Shown piece by piece: positions 20,857 to 31,060 of a stretch of DNA of 64,000 nt. The translations under genes were made by a program, and so were the position numbers. The notes below the pieces were generated by a model. That model had not been told where the DNA came from. It made no database searches and saw only the letters and a list, made by a program, of their open reading frames with translations. How positions within the stretch are numbered: position 1 is the first letter of the stretch; every line of letters begins with the position of its first letter. The stretch covers positions 11,285-75,284 of the forward strand of contig CACNQY010000002.1 of NCBI GenBank assembly GCA_902622655.1. The letters are read 5' to 3'. This DNA is from an uncultured Pelagibacteraceae bacterium (lineage in GTDB: Bacteria > Pseudomonadota > Alphaproteobacteria > Pelagibacterales > Pelagibacteraceae).

Positions 20857-22782
20857 ATGAGCAAAATTATTGGAATAGATTTAGGGACAACAAATTCATG
20901 TGTTGCTATTATGGAAGGAACACAAGCTAAAGTTTTAGAAAATGCCGAAGGTGCAAGGACCACTCCATCTGTTGTAGCATTTACCGATGAAAATGAAAAA
21001 TTAATTGGCCAACCGGCAAAAAGACAAGCTGTTACAAATCCAGAAAACACTATTTTTGCTGTTAAAAGATTAATTGGAAGAAATTTTGATGACCCAACAG
21101 TAAAAAAAGACGTAGAAGCTGCACCTTTTAAAATAGTTAATTCTGAAAAAGGTGATGCATGGATTGAAGCAAAAGGCGAAAAATATTCACCATCTCAAAT
21201 ATCTGCATTTATTTTACAAAAAATGAAAGAGACAGCTGAGAAATATTTAGGTCAAGCTGTAACTAAAGCTGTTATAACTGTTCCAGCATATTTTAATGAT
21301 GCACAAAGACAAGCAACAAAAGATGCTGGTAAAATTGCTGGTTTAGAGGTTTTAAGGATTATTAATGAACCAACTGCAGCTTCACTTGCATATGGCTTAG
21401 ATAAAAAGCAAAATAAAAAAATTGCTGTTTACGACTTAGGAGGTGGGACATTTGACGTTTCAATCTTAGAATTAGGTGATGGAGTATTTGAAGTAAAATC
21501 AACTAATGGTGATACTTTTTTGGGTGGTGAAGATTTTGATAATGCCATTGTTGATTACTTGATTTCTGAATTTAAGAAAGACAATGGAATTGATTTAAAA
21601 TCAGATAAACTTGCTTTACAAAGATTGAAAGAGTCTGCTGAAAAAGCAAAAATAGAATTATCATCTGCAGAACAAACAGATATAAATTTACCTTTTATTA
21701 CAGCAGATAAAACGGGTCCAAAACATATAAATTTAAAAATGACTAGAGCAAAACTTGAAGCACTAGTTGAAGATTTAATTGCGAAAACTATGCCTCCATG
21801 TAAAACTGCCTTGAAAGATGCTGGGATTGCAGCAAGTGAGATTGATGAAATAGTTATGGTCGGTGGCATGACAAGAATGCCAAAAGTATTAGAAGAAGTT
21901 AAAAACTTTTTTGGAAAAGATCCAAATAAAAGTGTTAATCCAGATGAGGTGGTTGCAATGGGAGCTGCTATACAGGCTGGCGTATTACAAGGTGATGTTA
22001 AGGATGTGCTTTTATTAGATGTCACTCCATTATCTCTTGGCATCGAGACACTTGGAGGGGTTTCAACTAAGTTGATTGATAAAAATACGACAATACCAAC
22101 TAAAAAAAGTCAGGTATTCTCAACTGCAGAAGATAATCAGCCAGCTGTATCTATAAGAGTTCTTCAAGGTGAAAGAGAAATGGCTGCCGATAACAAAGCT
22201 TTAGGCAATTTTGAATTAGTGGGTATTGCACCAGCACCTAGAGGAGTGCCTCAAATCGAAGTTACATTTGATATTGATGCTAATGGTATAGTAAATGTTT
22301 CAGCAAAAGATAAGGGAACTGGCAAAGAACAAAAGATTCAAATTCAAGCTTCAGGGGGATTAAGCGATGAAGAAATTGAGAAGATGGTAAAAGATGCAGA
22401 GGCTAATAAAGAGGCTGATAAGAAAAAAAGAGAGTCAGTCGACGTTAGAAACCAAGCAGATACTTTAATTCACTCTACTGAAAAAAATTTAAAAGAACAT
22501 GGTTCAAAAATTTCTGATGCAGAGAAAAAAGCAATTGAAGATGCATCATCTGCAGTAAAAGAAGCTTTAAAAGGCGAAGATATTGAAGATATCAAGAAAA
22601 AAACTGAGGCTTTAGTTCAAGCTTCAATGAAACTTGGAGAAGCAATCTATAAATCACAACAAAATACAAAACCTGAATCTGGAAAGGATGATGGTGGAGA
22701 TGATGCGGGTAAAAAAGACGAAAATGTTGTTGATGCTGATTTCGAAGAAGTAAAAGACGAGAATAAAGAAAAAAGCGCTTAA
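20857..22782 (+). CDS. dnaK: Chaperone DnaK (Hsp70)
   Basis: [17 protein letters not shown] and DLGGGTFD motifs. Confidence 0.99.
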   Translation: MSKIIGIDLGTTNSCVAIMEGTQAKVLENAEGARTTPSVVAFTDENEKLIGQPAKRQAVTNPENTIFAVKRLIGRNFDDPTVKKDVEAAPFKIVNSEKGDAWIEAKGEKYSPSQISAFILQKMKETAEKYLGQAVTKAVITVPAYFNDAQRQATKDAGKIAGLEVLRIINEPTAASLAYGLDKKQNKKIAVYDLGGGTFDVSILELGDGVFEVKSTNGDTFLGGEDFDNAIVDYLISEFKKDNGIDLKSDKLALQRLKESAEKAKIELSSAEQTDINLPFITADKTGPKHINLKMTRAKLEALVEDLIAKTMPPCKTALKDAGIAASEIDEIVMVGGMTRMPKVLEEVKNFFGKDPNKSVNPDEVVAMGAAIQAGVLQGDVKDVLLLDVTPLSLGIETLGGVSTKLIDKNTTIPTKKSQVFSTAEDNQPAVSIRVLQGEREMAADNKALGNFELVGIAPAPRGVPQIEVTFDIDANGIVNVSAKDKGTGKEQKIQIQASGGLSDEEIEKMVKDAEANKEADKKKRESVDVRNQADTLIHSTEKNLKEHGSKISDAEKKAIEDASSAVKEALKGEDIEDIKKKTEALVQASMKLGEAIYKSQQNTKPESGKDDGGDDAGKKDENVVDADFEEVKDENKEKSA

Positions 22783-22811
22783 ATTGACATTTAATTGTCT
22801 GGGGTAATTTG

Positions 22812-23939
22812 ATGGCTAAAAGAGACTATTACGATGTCCTAGGCGTTAATAAAAGCGCGGGCCCTGACGAGTTAAAATCTGCTTATAGAAAACTGGCTGT
22901 CAAATATCATCCTGATAAAAATCCAGGTGATACAAAAGCTGAAGAAAAATTCAAAGAGGCCAGTGAAGCTTACGGAATACTTTCTGATAAAGAAAAAAAA
23001 CAAAATTATGATAACTTTGGACATGCCGCGTTCGAAAATGGTGGTGGCAGACCAGGTGGAGGATTTAGTGGTTTTAGTGGAGCAGATTTTTCAGATATTT
23101 TTGAGGACTTTTTTGGAGATTTTGGGGGTGGTGGAAGATCAAGAAACAGAAGGTCAAATAACAGGGGATCGGATCTAAGATATGATTTATCTATCTCTTT
23201 AGAAGAAGCTTATGGTGGAAAAAAGCAAGACATAAAATTTTCAACAACAGAACAATGTGGAACGTGTAAAGGAAATGGTTCAAAACCAGGTCACTCGCCG
23301 GATAGGTGTTCATACTGTGGGGGTAGTGGAAGAATTAGATCTAACCAAGGTTTTTTTACTGTTCAACAAACTTGTCCACAGTGTAATGGAAACGGTGAAG
23401 AAATTACAAACCCTTGTAATGATTGTAATGGTCAAGGTAAAAAACAAGCATCTAAAAAAATATCTGTAACAATTCCAAAAGGTGTTGATGATGGAACAAG
23501 AATTAGACTAGCAGGAAAAGGTGAAGCTGGAAGTAGAGGTGGAGCACCAGGTGATTTATACTTGTTTATTAATGTTCACTCTCATGATTTATTTAAGAGA
23601 TCAGATGAAAATTTATTTTTTGAATTTCCTCTGTCTTTAGCAGATGCAGCGCTTGGCACTACGGTCGAAATTCCAACAATTGACGGTGGAAAAGCGAAGA
23701 TAAAAATTCCAGATGGAACTCAGAATGGTAAACAATTTAGATTAAAAGGTAAGGGAATGCCATTCATGAGAAGGGGTGATTTTGGTGATTTATATGTTCA
23801 GGTAAAAACAGAGGTACCCGTATATTTAAATAAAAAGCAAAAAGAATTACTTGAGCAATTTAGAGAAATTGAAAACGATAAGTCAAATCCAAGTATTAAG
23901 AAATTTTTTCAAAAAGCAAAAGATTTCTGGAAAAATTGA
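22812..23939 (+). CDS. dnaJ: Chaperone DnaJ
   Basis: J-domain HPD, G/F-rich region, four CxxCxGxG repeats. Confidence 0.98.
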   Translation: MAKRDYYDVLGVNKSAGPDELKSAYRKLAVKYHPDKNPGDTKAEEKFKEASEAYGILSDKEKKQNYDNFGHAAFENGGGRPGGGFSGFSGADFSDIFEDFFGDFGGGGRSRNRRSNNRGSDLRYDLSISLEEAYGGKKQDIKFSTTEQCGTCKGNGSKPGHSPDRCSYCGGSGRIRSNQGFFTVQQTCPQCNGNGEEITNPCNDCNGQGKKQASKKISVTIPKGVDDGTRIRLAGKGEAGSRGGAPGDLYLFINVHSHDLFKRSDENLFFEFPLSLADAALGTTVEIPTIDGGKAKIKIPDGTQNGKQFRLKGKGMPFMRRGDFGDLYVQVKTEVPVYLNKKQKELLEQFREIENDKSNPSIKKFFQKAKDFWKN

Positions 23940-24015
23940 TAAAAATGCAAAATATAGAGAAATTAAAAATATATTTTACGATTTTATTTAAATAATTCTA
24001 TTATAATAAAATGAT

Positions 24016-25170
24016 ATGAATATTCTTATTGAAGGATGGAGAGGTATCAACCATTCCTATGCTCTAGTTAATCAATGGCAAATTCTTGAACTAGTTAAAT
24101 TATCAAAAATAGCTTTTAAAGATGTACCTTATATAAATGAGGATTGGAATATTAAAAAAAACGATAGTGGTCTTGAGGAAAAAGATAAAAATATAATAAA
24201 TAGTATTGATCATCCATTAAATAATTTCAAATATGATATAACTTATAGAATTTCGTCACCATTTAATTTTGAATATAACTTTAAATCAAAATTATTATTT
24301 GTATTTGCAACTTCTGAGTTTAAAAATTTAATAAAAACAGATTATATTAATGGTGACCTAAATCTTTTAAAAAATAAAGAAGATTTTTTTTTACATACAC
24401 CCTCTAATTGGTCAAAAGCAGGTTTTTTAAAAGCAGGTTTTAGGGAAGATCAAGTTTTAGTAATTCCACATGGAATTGAAATAAATACATTTAAGTTAAT
24501 ATCTGAAAATAATAAAAATCTAATTAGAGAAAAATATAAATTTAAAAATGATGATTATATATTAACAAATGTTGGCGCAATGACACAAAATAAAGGTGTT
24601 GAAGCTTTAATAGCAGCATATGGGATACTAAAAAAAAAATATAAGAACCTTAAATTAATTCTAAAGGATCAGAGCAATTTATATCCTAGAAAAGCAAATG
24701 ATGTTTTTAATAAATTATCAAATACAGAATTCAATGAAAAATATAAAATCATTTATGATGATATGATGAAAGATGTAATGATAATTTCAGAAAATTTAAA
24801 TCTAAAAGATTTAAGAGATATTTATTCTATAACTGATTGTTATGTTTCGCCATATATGGCTGAAGGTTTTAATATGACGCCCCTAGAAGCAGCTGCGTGT
24901 GGAACTCAAATTATTGTGACAAAGGGAGGATCTACAGATGATTATTTTGATGATTCTATCGGTTATCAAATTGAAAGTTATGAAAGAATTAAAGATAAAA
25001 ATACTATGTTAAATCCAAAACTTGACTCGCTGATTGAAATATTAAAAAAAATTATTAACAAAAATGATCAGTCAAAACTTACAAGAAGTAAATACGTTCA
25101 TAAAAATTTTTCTTGGGAAAAAATTGCTATAAAACTAAAAAAAGAGTTTGAAAAAAAATTAAGTAAGTGA
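24016..25170 (+). CDS. GT-B glycosyltransferase (GT4-like)
   Basis: VIPHG, NKG, AEGFNMTPLEAAACG (ExF-x7-E type motif) and FSWE. Confidence 0.85.
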   Translation: MNILIEGWRGINHSYALVNQWQILELVKLSKIAFKDVPYINEDWNIKKNDSGLEEKDKNIINSIDHPLNNFKYDITYRISSPFNFEYNFKSKLLFVFATSEFKNLIKTDYINGDLNLLKNKEDFFLHTPSNWSKAGFLKAGFREDQVLVIPHGIEINTFKLISENNKNLIREKYKFKNDDYILTNVGAMTQNKGVEALIAAYGILKKKYKNLKLILKDQSNLYPRKANDVFNKLSNTEFNEKYKIIYDDMMKDVMIISENLNLKDLRDIYSITDCYVSPYMAEGFNMTPLEAAACGTQIIVTKGGSTDDYFDDSIGYQIESYERIKDKNTMLNPKLDSLIEILKKIINKNDQSKLTRSKYVHKNFSWEKIAIKLKKEFEKKLSK

Positions 25171-25181
25171 AATAAGAAAAT

Positions 25182-25958
25182 ATGAAACAAATAAAATTAT
25201 GTATTACTGGTTGCATGGGAAGAATGGGAATGCAACTTATTAAATCATCAATAAAAAATAAAAATTTTAAATTAGTTGCCCTTACTGAAAACAGGCTAAT
25301 AAATAAAAAATTTAACGGAATTACCCCGGAGTTAAATTCCCATACAGCTTTCAAAAAGACAGATATAATTATTGATTTTACAGAGCCTAGTTGCACGCTT
25401 GAAATACTCAAGATTGCATCAAAATTAAAAAAAAAGGTTGTGATTGGAACAACTGGTTTTAGTAGACACCAGGAAAATCTGATTAGACAATATTCAAAAA
25501 ATATAGCTATTTTGAAAGCTGGCAATATGAGCTTAGGTGTAAACTTATTAATGTATTTAACGGAGATTACATCGAAATCTTTAAATGATGAATACTTAAG
25601 CAAAATTTTTGAGGTACATCACAAACATAAAAAAGACTATCCATCAGGCACAGCATTAATGCTTGGAAAAGGAATTGCCGATGGAAAAAATAAAAATATT
25701 TATAATTTAATTGGTAAAAAATTTTTAAATAAAAAGTCTTTTCCTTACGGGAAAAAGATTAATTTTAATTCAATTAGAAAAGGTGAAATTATAGGAGAGC
25801 ATGAAGTAAAATTTTCTAGTGGAAAAGAAATAATTACATTAAACCATGAAGCTTTTGATAGAGCACTTTATTCTGATGGTGCTTTAACTGCCTCTAAATG
25901 GTTAATCAAAAAAAAACCAGGATTATATTCTATGAGGGATTTGCTTAACTTTTCATAA
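25182..25958 (+). CDS. dapB: 4-hydroxy-tetrahydrodipicolinate reductase
   Basis: GCMGRMG, IDFT, GTTG and EVHHKHKKDYPSGTA motifs. Confidence 0.95.
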   Translation: MKQIKLCITGCMGRMGMQLIKSSIKNKNFKLVALTENRLINKKFNGITPELNSHTAFKKTDIIIDFTEPSCTLEILKIASKLKKKVVIGTTGFSRHQENLIRQYSKNIAILKAGNMSLGVNLLMYLTEITSKSLNDEYLSKIFEVHHKHKKDYPSGTALMLGKGIADGKNKNIYNLIGKKFLNKKSFPYGKKINFNSIRKGEIIGEHEVKFSSGKEIITLNHEAFDRALYSDGALTASKWLIKKKPGLYSMRDLLNFS

Positions 25959-26611
25959 TGAATGAAAAACAAAAAGCAAAAATTATAATTAAAACTTTAA
26001 ATAAAATTTATCCTAAAGCGCCAGTCCCATTGAAAAGTAAAAATATTTTTACTCTATTAATCTCAGTGCTTCTTTCAGCTCAATGCACAGATGTAAATGT
26101 AAATAATGTTACAAAAAGTATATATCCAAAATACTACAAGCCAGAACACTTTGTAAAATTAGGAAGAAAAAAAATTGAAAAATTAATTAAAAAAATTGGA
26201 ATCTTTAGAATTAAAGCAAAAAGTATCTATTTGATGTCAAAACAAGTTTTGGAAAAACACGGTGGAAAAGTGCCTAAAACTTTTGAAGAACTTGAGAAAT
26301 TACCAGGTGTGGGACATAAAACGGCTAGCGTAGTGATGTCTCAAGGTTTTGGATATCCAGCATTTGCTGTTGATACTCATATTCATAGATTAGCTCAAAG
26401 ATGGGGTTTAACAAACGGAAAAAATGTAGTTCAAACTGAGGAAGATTTAAAAAGGATATTTCCAAAAAAAACTTGGTCTAAACTTCATTTACAAATAATA
26501 TTTTACGGAAGAGAATACTGCAAGGCAAGAGACTGTTATGGATTGTCTTGTAAAATATGCACTACTTGCTACCCAAATAGAAAAAAACCTGTTATTACCA
26601 AAAAAGCTTAA
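25958..26611 (+). CDS. nth: Endonuclease III
   Basis: LLSAQCTD, HhH LPGVGHKTA, VDTH and C-terminal Cys cluster. Confidence 0.95.
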   Translation: MNEKQKAKIIIKTLNKIYPKAPVPLKSKNIFTLLISVLLSAQCTDVNVNNVTKSIYPKYYKPEHFVKLGRKKIEKLIKKIGIFRIKAKSIYLMSKQVLEKHGGKVPKTFEELEKLPGVGHKTASVVMSQGFGYPAFAVDTHIHRLAQRWGLTNGKNVVQTEEDLKRIFPKKTWSKLHLQIIFYGREYCKARDCYGLSCKICTTCYPNRKKPVITKKA

Positions 26612-26612
26612 T

Positions 26613-27542
26613 ATGAAGATTTTAGGAATAGGAAATGCAATAGTAGATGTCATTTGTAAGGTAAATGACAGTTTTATTGAACAAAACAAACTAACAAAAA
26701 GTACAATGAAATTGTTTTTTGATGAAAATGAATTCAAAAATTTGTTAACAAATCTTAAAATTGAAAAAACTGTTTCTGGAGGTTCTATAGCAAACTCTAT
26801 AGTAGGTTTGTCTCAACTTGGTAATGAGGTCGGTTTTATTGGAAAGATTTCTGATGATAAGTTTGGAGAGAAATATGAAGAAGGTTTAAAAAAGGAAAAC
26901 GTAAAATATTTTTACTTTAAAAAAAAAGAAGAGTTACCAACGGGTACTTGTTTAATATTGGTAACACCTGACTCAGAAAGAACCATGTGTACATTTTTAG
27001 GGACTGCGGGAAAAATCAACGAAAATGATGTTAGCTCTGATGCAATAAAAAAAACTGAATTGATATTTTTAGAGGGTTACTTGTGGGATGAAGGAGATCC
27101 TAAGAAAGCATTTGATAAAGCTATTAATAATGCAAATAAAGTAGCCATGTCTCTTTCTGATCAGTTTTGTGTAGATAGACACAAACCTCATTTCTTAAAC
27201 TTAGTAAAAAACAAGGTAGATATTACTTTTGCCAATGAACAAGAAATTATTTCATTGATTGAAGCAAAAAATTTTGAAGAAGTTATAAACTTTTCTAAAC
27301 AGCTTAATAAATTAATAATTATAACTAGAGGAGAAAAAGGTGCTATAGCAATTAATGGTGAAAAAATTTTTGAGTGTGAAGTAAAAAAAAATCTAAAAAT
27401 TTTAGATCTCACGGGTGCCGGTGATCTCTTTGCAGCTGGATATCTTCATGGATATATCAATAAATTTTCAATAAAAGAATGCCTAGAAAAAGGTACAGAA
27501 ATGTCTTCAAGAGTAATTCAGCAGATAGGCGCTAGACTTTAA
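26613..27542 (+). CDS. PfkB-family sugar/adenosine kinase
   Basis: GIGNAIVD, SGGSIANS and DLTGAGDLFAAG motifs; start set at ATG 26613. Confidence 0.9.
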   Translation: MKILGIGNAIVDVICKVNDSFIEQNKLTKSTMKLFFDENEFKNLLTNLKIEKTVSGGSIANSIVGLSQLGNEVGFIGKISDDKFGEKYEEGLKKENVKYFYFKKKEELPTGTCLILVTPDSERTMCTFLGTAGKINENDVSSDAIKKTELIFLEGYLWDEGDPKKAFDKAINNANKVAMSLSDQFCVDRHKPHFLNLVKNKVDITFANEQEIISLIEAKNFEEVINFSKQLNKLIIITRGEKGAIAINGEKIFECEVKKNLKILDLTGAGDLFAAGYLHGYINKFSIKECLEKGTEMSSRVIQQIGARL

Positions 27543-27544
27543 AC

Positions 27545-27664
27545 TTAATTTTTCTTTCTTTTAAAACTTCCTTTACCCTTTTTAGGTTTAACTATTTTTG
27601 GTTTGTACTTTTTTGTAAAAAGATCCCTAGCCATTGGATTTTTCTTATTTGATCTGATAGCCAT
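27545..27664 (-). CDS. arfA: ArfA-like alternative ribosome-rescue factor, 39 aa (not in the ORF track)
   Basis: Manual translation MAIRSNKKNPMARDLFTKKYKPKIVKPKKGKGSFKRKKN*; KKGKGSxxRK is the ArfA core motif. Confidence 0.75.
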   Translation of the reverse strand: MAIRSNKKNPMARDLFTKKYKPKIVKPKKGKGSFKRKKN

Positions 27665-28202
27665 CTTTTTTACTAATAATAAATTCATTATCATTGAAAG
27701 CGTCTAAAATTTTTTTTCTTAATCTATAAATATGTGTCTCAACAGTATGAGTTTCAATATTAGACTGATAACTCCATACTTTTTTTTGCAATTCATCGAT
27801 ACTAACAGGCTTGATAGATTGTGATAAATAAGTAATTGTATTAATTTCTTTTTCAGTTAACTTAAGTTTTGTACTGTCAGTTAATATCTCTCTTGAATTC
27901 AGATCAATAGTATAATTATTTATTTTTACATGAGATTTAATGTTGAATTGTTGTTTTAAAAATTCAATATTTATTTTTTCCAATAATTTAAAAATATTAA
28001 TTGGCTTATTATCTAAAATTAATTGGTTACTAATTTTTTGATTTTTTTTATTTGATATAATCAAATAATTATTCAAATTTTTCAATTTATATTTTAAAGA
28101 TGTTTCACTATCTACAAAACTAATATTAATATTTAAATCTAAACTAAGTTCTTCAAGAATTTGGTATAATGAGTTAATCTTATATATTATTAAATTCTGC
28201 AT
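27645..28202 (-). CDS. OmpR/PhoB-type winged-helix protein with degenerate receiver domain
   Basis: LTEKE, VWSY and THTVETHIYRLRKKI..GYQI motifs; start set at ATG 28202 (MQNLIIYK). Confidence 0.85.
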   Translation of the reverse strand: MQNLIIYKINSLYQILEELSLDLNINISFVDSETSLKYKLKNLNNYLIISNKKNQKISNQLILDNKPINIFKLLEKINIEFLKQQFNIKSHVKINNYTIDLNSREILTDSTKLKLTEKEINTITYLSQSIKPVSIDELQKKVWSYQSNIETHTVETHIYRLRKKILDAFNDNEFIISKKDGYQIK

Positions 28203-28220
28203 GCTTATAAATAAGAGAAT

Positions 28221-28715
28221 ATGACAATTTTCATAAAAAATAAACACACACTTCAAATAGATGAATTCAAATTTAAGTGTTGTATTGGGAAAAAAGGATT
28301 AACAAAAAATAAAAAAGAAGGAGATAAAAAAACTCCAAAAGGAACTTTTGAAATTGAAAATCTTTATTTTAGGAAAGATCGTAAAAAAAAACCATTCACA
28401 AAACTTAAATGTATTGAAATTAAAAAAGAAATGGGTTGGTGTGATGATACTCGTTTTTCTACAAAATATAATAAACTTATTAAAATTAAAGACAATATCA
28501 AACATGAAAAGTTAAAAAGAGAGGATTCTAAATATGATTTTTTTATTCCAATTAAATATAACTTTAAAAAAACTATTGCTGGTAAAGGAAGTTGTATTTT
28601 TATTCATCTAACTAATAATTATAAACCTACAGCTGGATGTATTGCTCTAAAAGAAAAAGATTTTCTAATTATGCTTAAATTAATCAAAAAAAATTCAAAA
28701 ATAAAAATTTTCTAA
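28221..28715 (+). CDS. L,D-transpeptidase (YkuD-family) protein
   Basis: KKEGDKKTPKG, GWCDD and GSCIFIH..PTAGCIAL (H-x-C catalytic motif). Confidence 0.88.
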   Translation: MTIFIKNKHTLQIDEFKFKCCIGKKGLTKNKKEGDKKTPKGTFEIENLYFRKDRKKKPFTKLKCIEIKKEMGWCDDTRFSTKYNKLIKIKDNIKHEKLKREDSKYDFFIPIKYNFKKTIAGKGSCIFIHLTNNYKPTAGCIALKEKDFLIMLKLIKKNSKIKIF

Positions 28716-29371
28716 GATCTTTGACCGAAAATACTTGAGCCAACTCTGACATATGTTGATAAATGTTTAACAGCTAATAAAAAATCTGAGGACATCCCCA
28801 TACTTAATTCAACCAAACCTAAGTCTTTGTTTAAATTCTTCATCTCTTCAAAATAAATTTCGGTATCCATATCTGCTGGAGGGATGCACATCAAACCTAT
28901 TACATTTAAACCAATTTGTTGACTAAAAGAAAGTAATTTTTGTATATCTTTTTTATTAATTCCTGATTTTTGATTTTCATCTCCAATATTAACCTGCAAA
29001 AATATTTCAATTTTTTTATTAATTTTGTATTGTTCATCCATAATTTTTTTTGCAAGCTTTTCACTATCAACTGAGTGTATATAATCAAATATTTGAACTG
29101 CGAATTTTACCTTGTTTGTCTGTAATTTTCCTACCATATGTAGTTTTATCTGAGGATTTTTTTTTTTAATCTCAGTCCATTTTTCAACTGCTTCCTGAAC
29201 TTTATTTTCTCCAAAATCAACATGGCCATGCTCTATAAGGGGTAGAATTTTATCAATTTTGAATGTCTTAGACACTGCAACAATTTTTGGGTTACTATTA
29301 ATATTTAATCTATTAAGATGGTCTTTAATATTATTCTCAATATCTAATAATTTTTTTACAGTGTTGTGCAT
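28712..29371 (-). CDS. yggS: Pyridoxal phosphate homeostasis protein (YggS/PLPBP)
   Basis: VAVSK, FGENKVQE, LQTNKVK and LSMGMSSDF..VRVGSSIFG motifs; start set at ATG 29371. Confidence 0.95.
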   Translation of the reverse strand: MHNTVKKLLDIENNIKDHLNRLNINSNPKIVAVSKTFKIDKILPLIEHGHVDFGENKVQEAVEKWTEIKKKNPQIKLHMVGKLQTNKVKFAVQIFDYIHSVDSEKLAKKIMDEQYKINKKIEIFLQVNIGDENQKSGINKKDIQKLLSFSQQIGLNVIGLMCIPPADMDTEIYFEEMKNLNKDLGLVELSMGMSSDFLLAVKHLSTYVRVGSSIFGQRS

Positions 29372-29377
29372 ACTAAT

Positions 29378-29896
29378 ATGATTAGCAAATATTACTTTAT
29401 AAATAAATTGGATACAAATAATATCGAAAAACAGGACAAACAAACTGTTATTATTTATAGAAATTATACTTCCAAAATAGAAGACGAAGAACTTATTTTA
29501 AAAATTAAAAAATATTGTAAGAAAAAGAAAATAAAATTGTATTTATCAAACAATGTTAAGCTTGCAATTAAACTTGGTTTGGATGGGGTATATATTCCTT
29601 CTTTTAATAAAAACACAAAACACCTATCTTATTCTTATAAAAAAAGGTTCAATATTATTGGATCTGCACATAATCTTAAAGAAATCAGAATTAAAGAAAA
29701 ACAGAAAGTCAGTGAAATTTTTATATCATCATTATTTAAAAAAAATAAAAATTTTTTAGGAATTAATAAATATAAAATTTTAGCAAAATTAACAAAAAAG
29801 AATGTTGTTGCTTTAGGTGGAATTTCTAGAAAAAATAAAAAAAAGCTCAATCTTTTATATCAAGCAAACTTTGCTGGAATATCTTTTTTTGAATAA
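29378..29896 (+). CDS. Thiamine phosphate synthase-like (ThiE/TenI family) protein
   Basis: LAIKLGLDGVYI, GSAHNLKE and VALGGI motifs; short, divergent version. Confidence 0.65.
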   Translation: MISKYYFINKLDTNNIEKQDKQTVIIYRNYTSKIEDEELILKIKKYCKKKKIKLYLSNNVKLAIKLGLDGVYIPSFNKNTKHLSYSYKKRFNIIGSAHNLKEIRIKEKQKVSEIFISSLFKKNKNFLGINKYKILAKLTKKNVVALGGISRKNKKKLNLLYQANFAGISFFE

Positions 29897-29925
29897 AAAA
29901 AAGGCCCCTAAAAGGGGCCCTTTTT
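29895..29925. terminator. Bidirectional intrinsic terminator between thiE-like gene and porin
   Basis: A-run, GGCCCC-TAAAA-GGGGCC, then T-run, between convergent genes. Confidence 0.85.
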
Positions 29926-29946
29926 ATATTTTGTTTCTAAACTAAA

Positions 29947-30933
29947 TTAGAATGCGAATGCAAGGTCAATTGCGTAACCTTTAACATCATTTACAGCAGT
30001 TGTTAATCCACCTCTGTTTTTCTCTTCAGCCATAGCGATTGAAAGAGTCATTGAACCCATAGTGTAAGTAGCACTTAGGTTAGAGTTTTCTTGATCAACA
30101 GTTGTGCTTGCAGCATCTTCATAAGTTGACTCGTTGTAACCGATAGTCAAGTCATCGCTTACTTGGTATGTAATACCCATAGCGCTGAACTCATCATCAG
30201 TTGTAGCTTTGTTTGAGTCAATTTCTGATTGTTGGATACCAACAGTTACTGGACCATATGCATATTTAACATACATAGTAGACAAGTCTGTGTTGTTAGT
30301 TCCACCTGATGCATTGTTCTCACCAGCTGCGTAACCAACAGTTAGACCTTCAAGACCAGTGTACTCGATAGCCATATCCATTGAAGACTCAACTTCACCT
30401 GTTCCTGATGGAACATATGAAACTGAGAAACTGAAACCATCAACCATGTCTCCAGATTTGTATTGGAACATGTTGTTTGATCCAGCGCTTCCGATTGAGT
30501 TGAATACATTAGTTCCAGTAGCTCCACCATTGTCTAATGAAGCACTTAGGATATCCCAAGACTCACCGTAAGCAGTTGGTGTTACATCGTCAACAGCACC
30601 GAAAGCAGAACTTCCACCGTGACCGCCGAATACGATTGTACCCATACCGTTAGTGTCGATTGTTAATATTCTGTTATCTAAAGCACCAGTTGTAGACGTT
30701 GTGTATGCATGGTCTACTTCGTACTGTACAGTAACAGTCATACCGTTATCCATTTCACCAGTACCAGTCATAGTGAAACCATCACCCATTGACCACTGGT
30801 TTCCACCAGTACCTTTATCAGCACCAGCGAAGTTTATTCCTGCTGAACCAGATGCACTTAGTGAACCAGCGTAAGCTGAAGTTGCAACAAGTGAACCTGC
30901 TAATGCAGTTAAACCTATTTTTTTAATGTTCAT
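29947..30933 (-). CDS. Outer-membrane porin, probably highly expressed
   Basis: Signal peptide ending AYA, alternating beta-strand pattern, C-terminal Phe (DLAFAF), AAAGGAG ribosome-binding site, frequent C-ending codons. Confidence 0.88.
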   Translation of the reverse strand: MNIKKIGLTALAGSLVATSAYAGSLSASGSAGINFAGADKGTGGNQWSMGDGFTMTGTGEMDNGMTVTVQYEVDHAYTTSTTGALDNRILTIDTNGMGTIVFGGHGGSSAFGAVDDVTPTAYGESWDILSASLDNGGATGTNVFNSIGSAGSNNMFQYKSGDMVDGFSFSVSYVPSGTGEVESSMDMAIEYTGLEGLTVGYAAGENNASGGTNNTDLSTMYVKYAYGPVTVGIQQSEIDSNKATTDDEFSAMGITYQVSDDLTIGYNESTYEDAASTTVDQENSNLSATYTMGSMTLSIAMAEEKNRGGLTTAVNDVKGYAIDLAFAF

Positions 30934-31024
30934 ATTAATTACTCCTTTGTAATTGTTATTATTAATAATAAACGCCGTTTTTTTACCATTGTTGTAAAAA
31001 ATTATGATATTTTATGAACCATTT

Positions 31025-31060
31025 TTGAATTTAAATTCAATTTGTTGTATTTTTACAACA
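31025..31060. promoter_or_regulatory. Two adjacent palindromes upstream of the porin (candidate operator)
   Basis: TTGAATTTAAATTCAA (31025-31040) and TGTTGTA-TTTT-TACAACA (31043-31060). Confidence 0.45.

Noticed and set aside
20760-22043. Antisense ORFs over dnaK (96 and 162 aa)
   Set aside because: Long antisense frames opposite Hsp70 genes are a common by-product of codon usage; no independent motifs
22783-22811. TTGACA and a small GACA/TGTC inverted repeat between dnaK and dnaJ
   Set aside because: No properly spaced -10 element and the stem is too short to call
29947-30933. Higher GC and different codon usage of the porin as a sign of horizontal transfer
   Set aside because: Better explained by Gly/Ala/Thr-rich composition and high-expression codon bias; no mobility genes nearby
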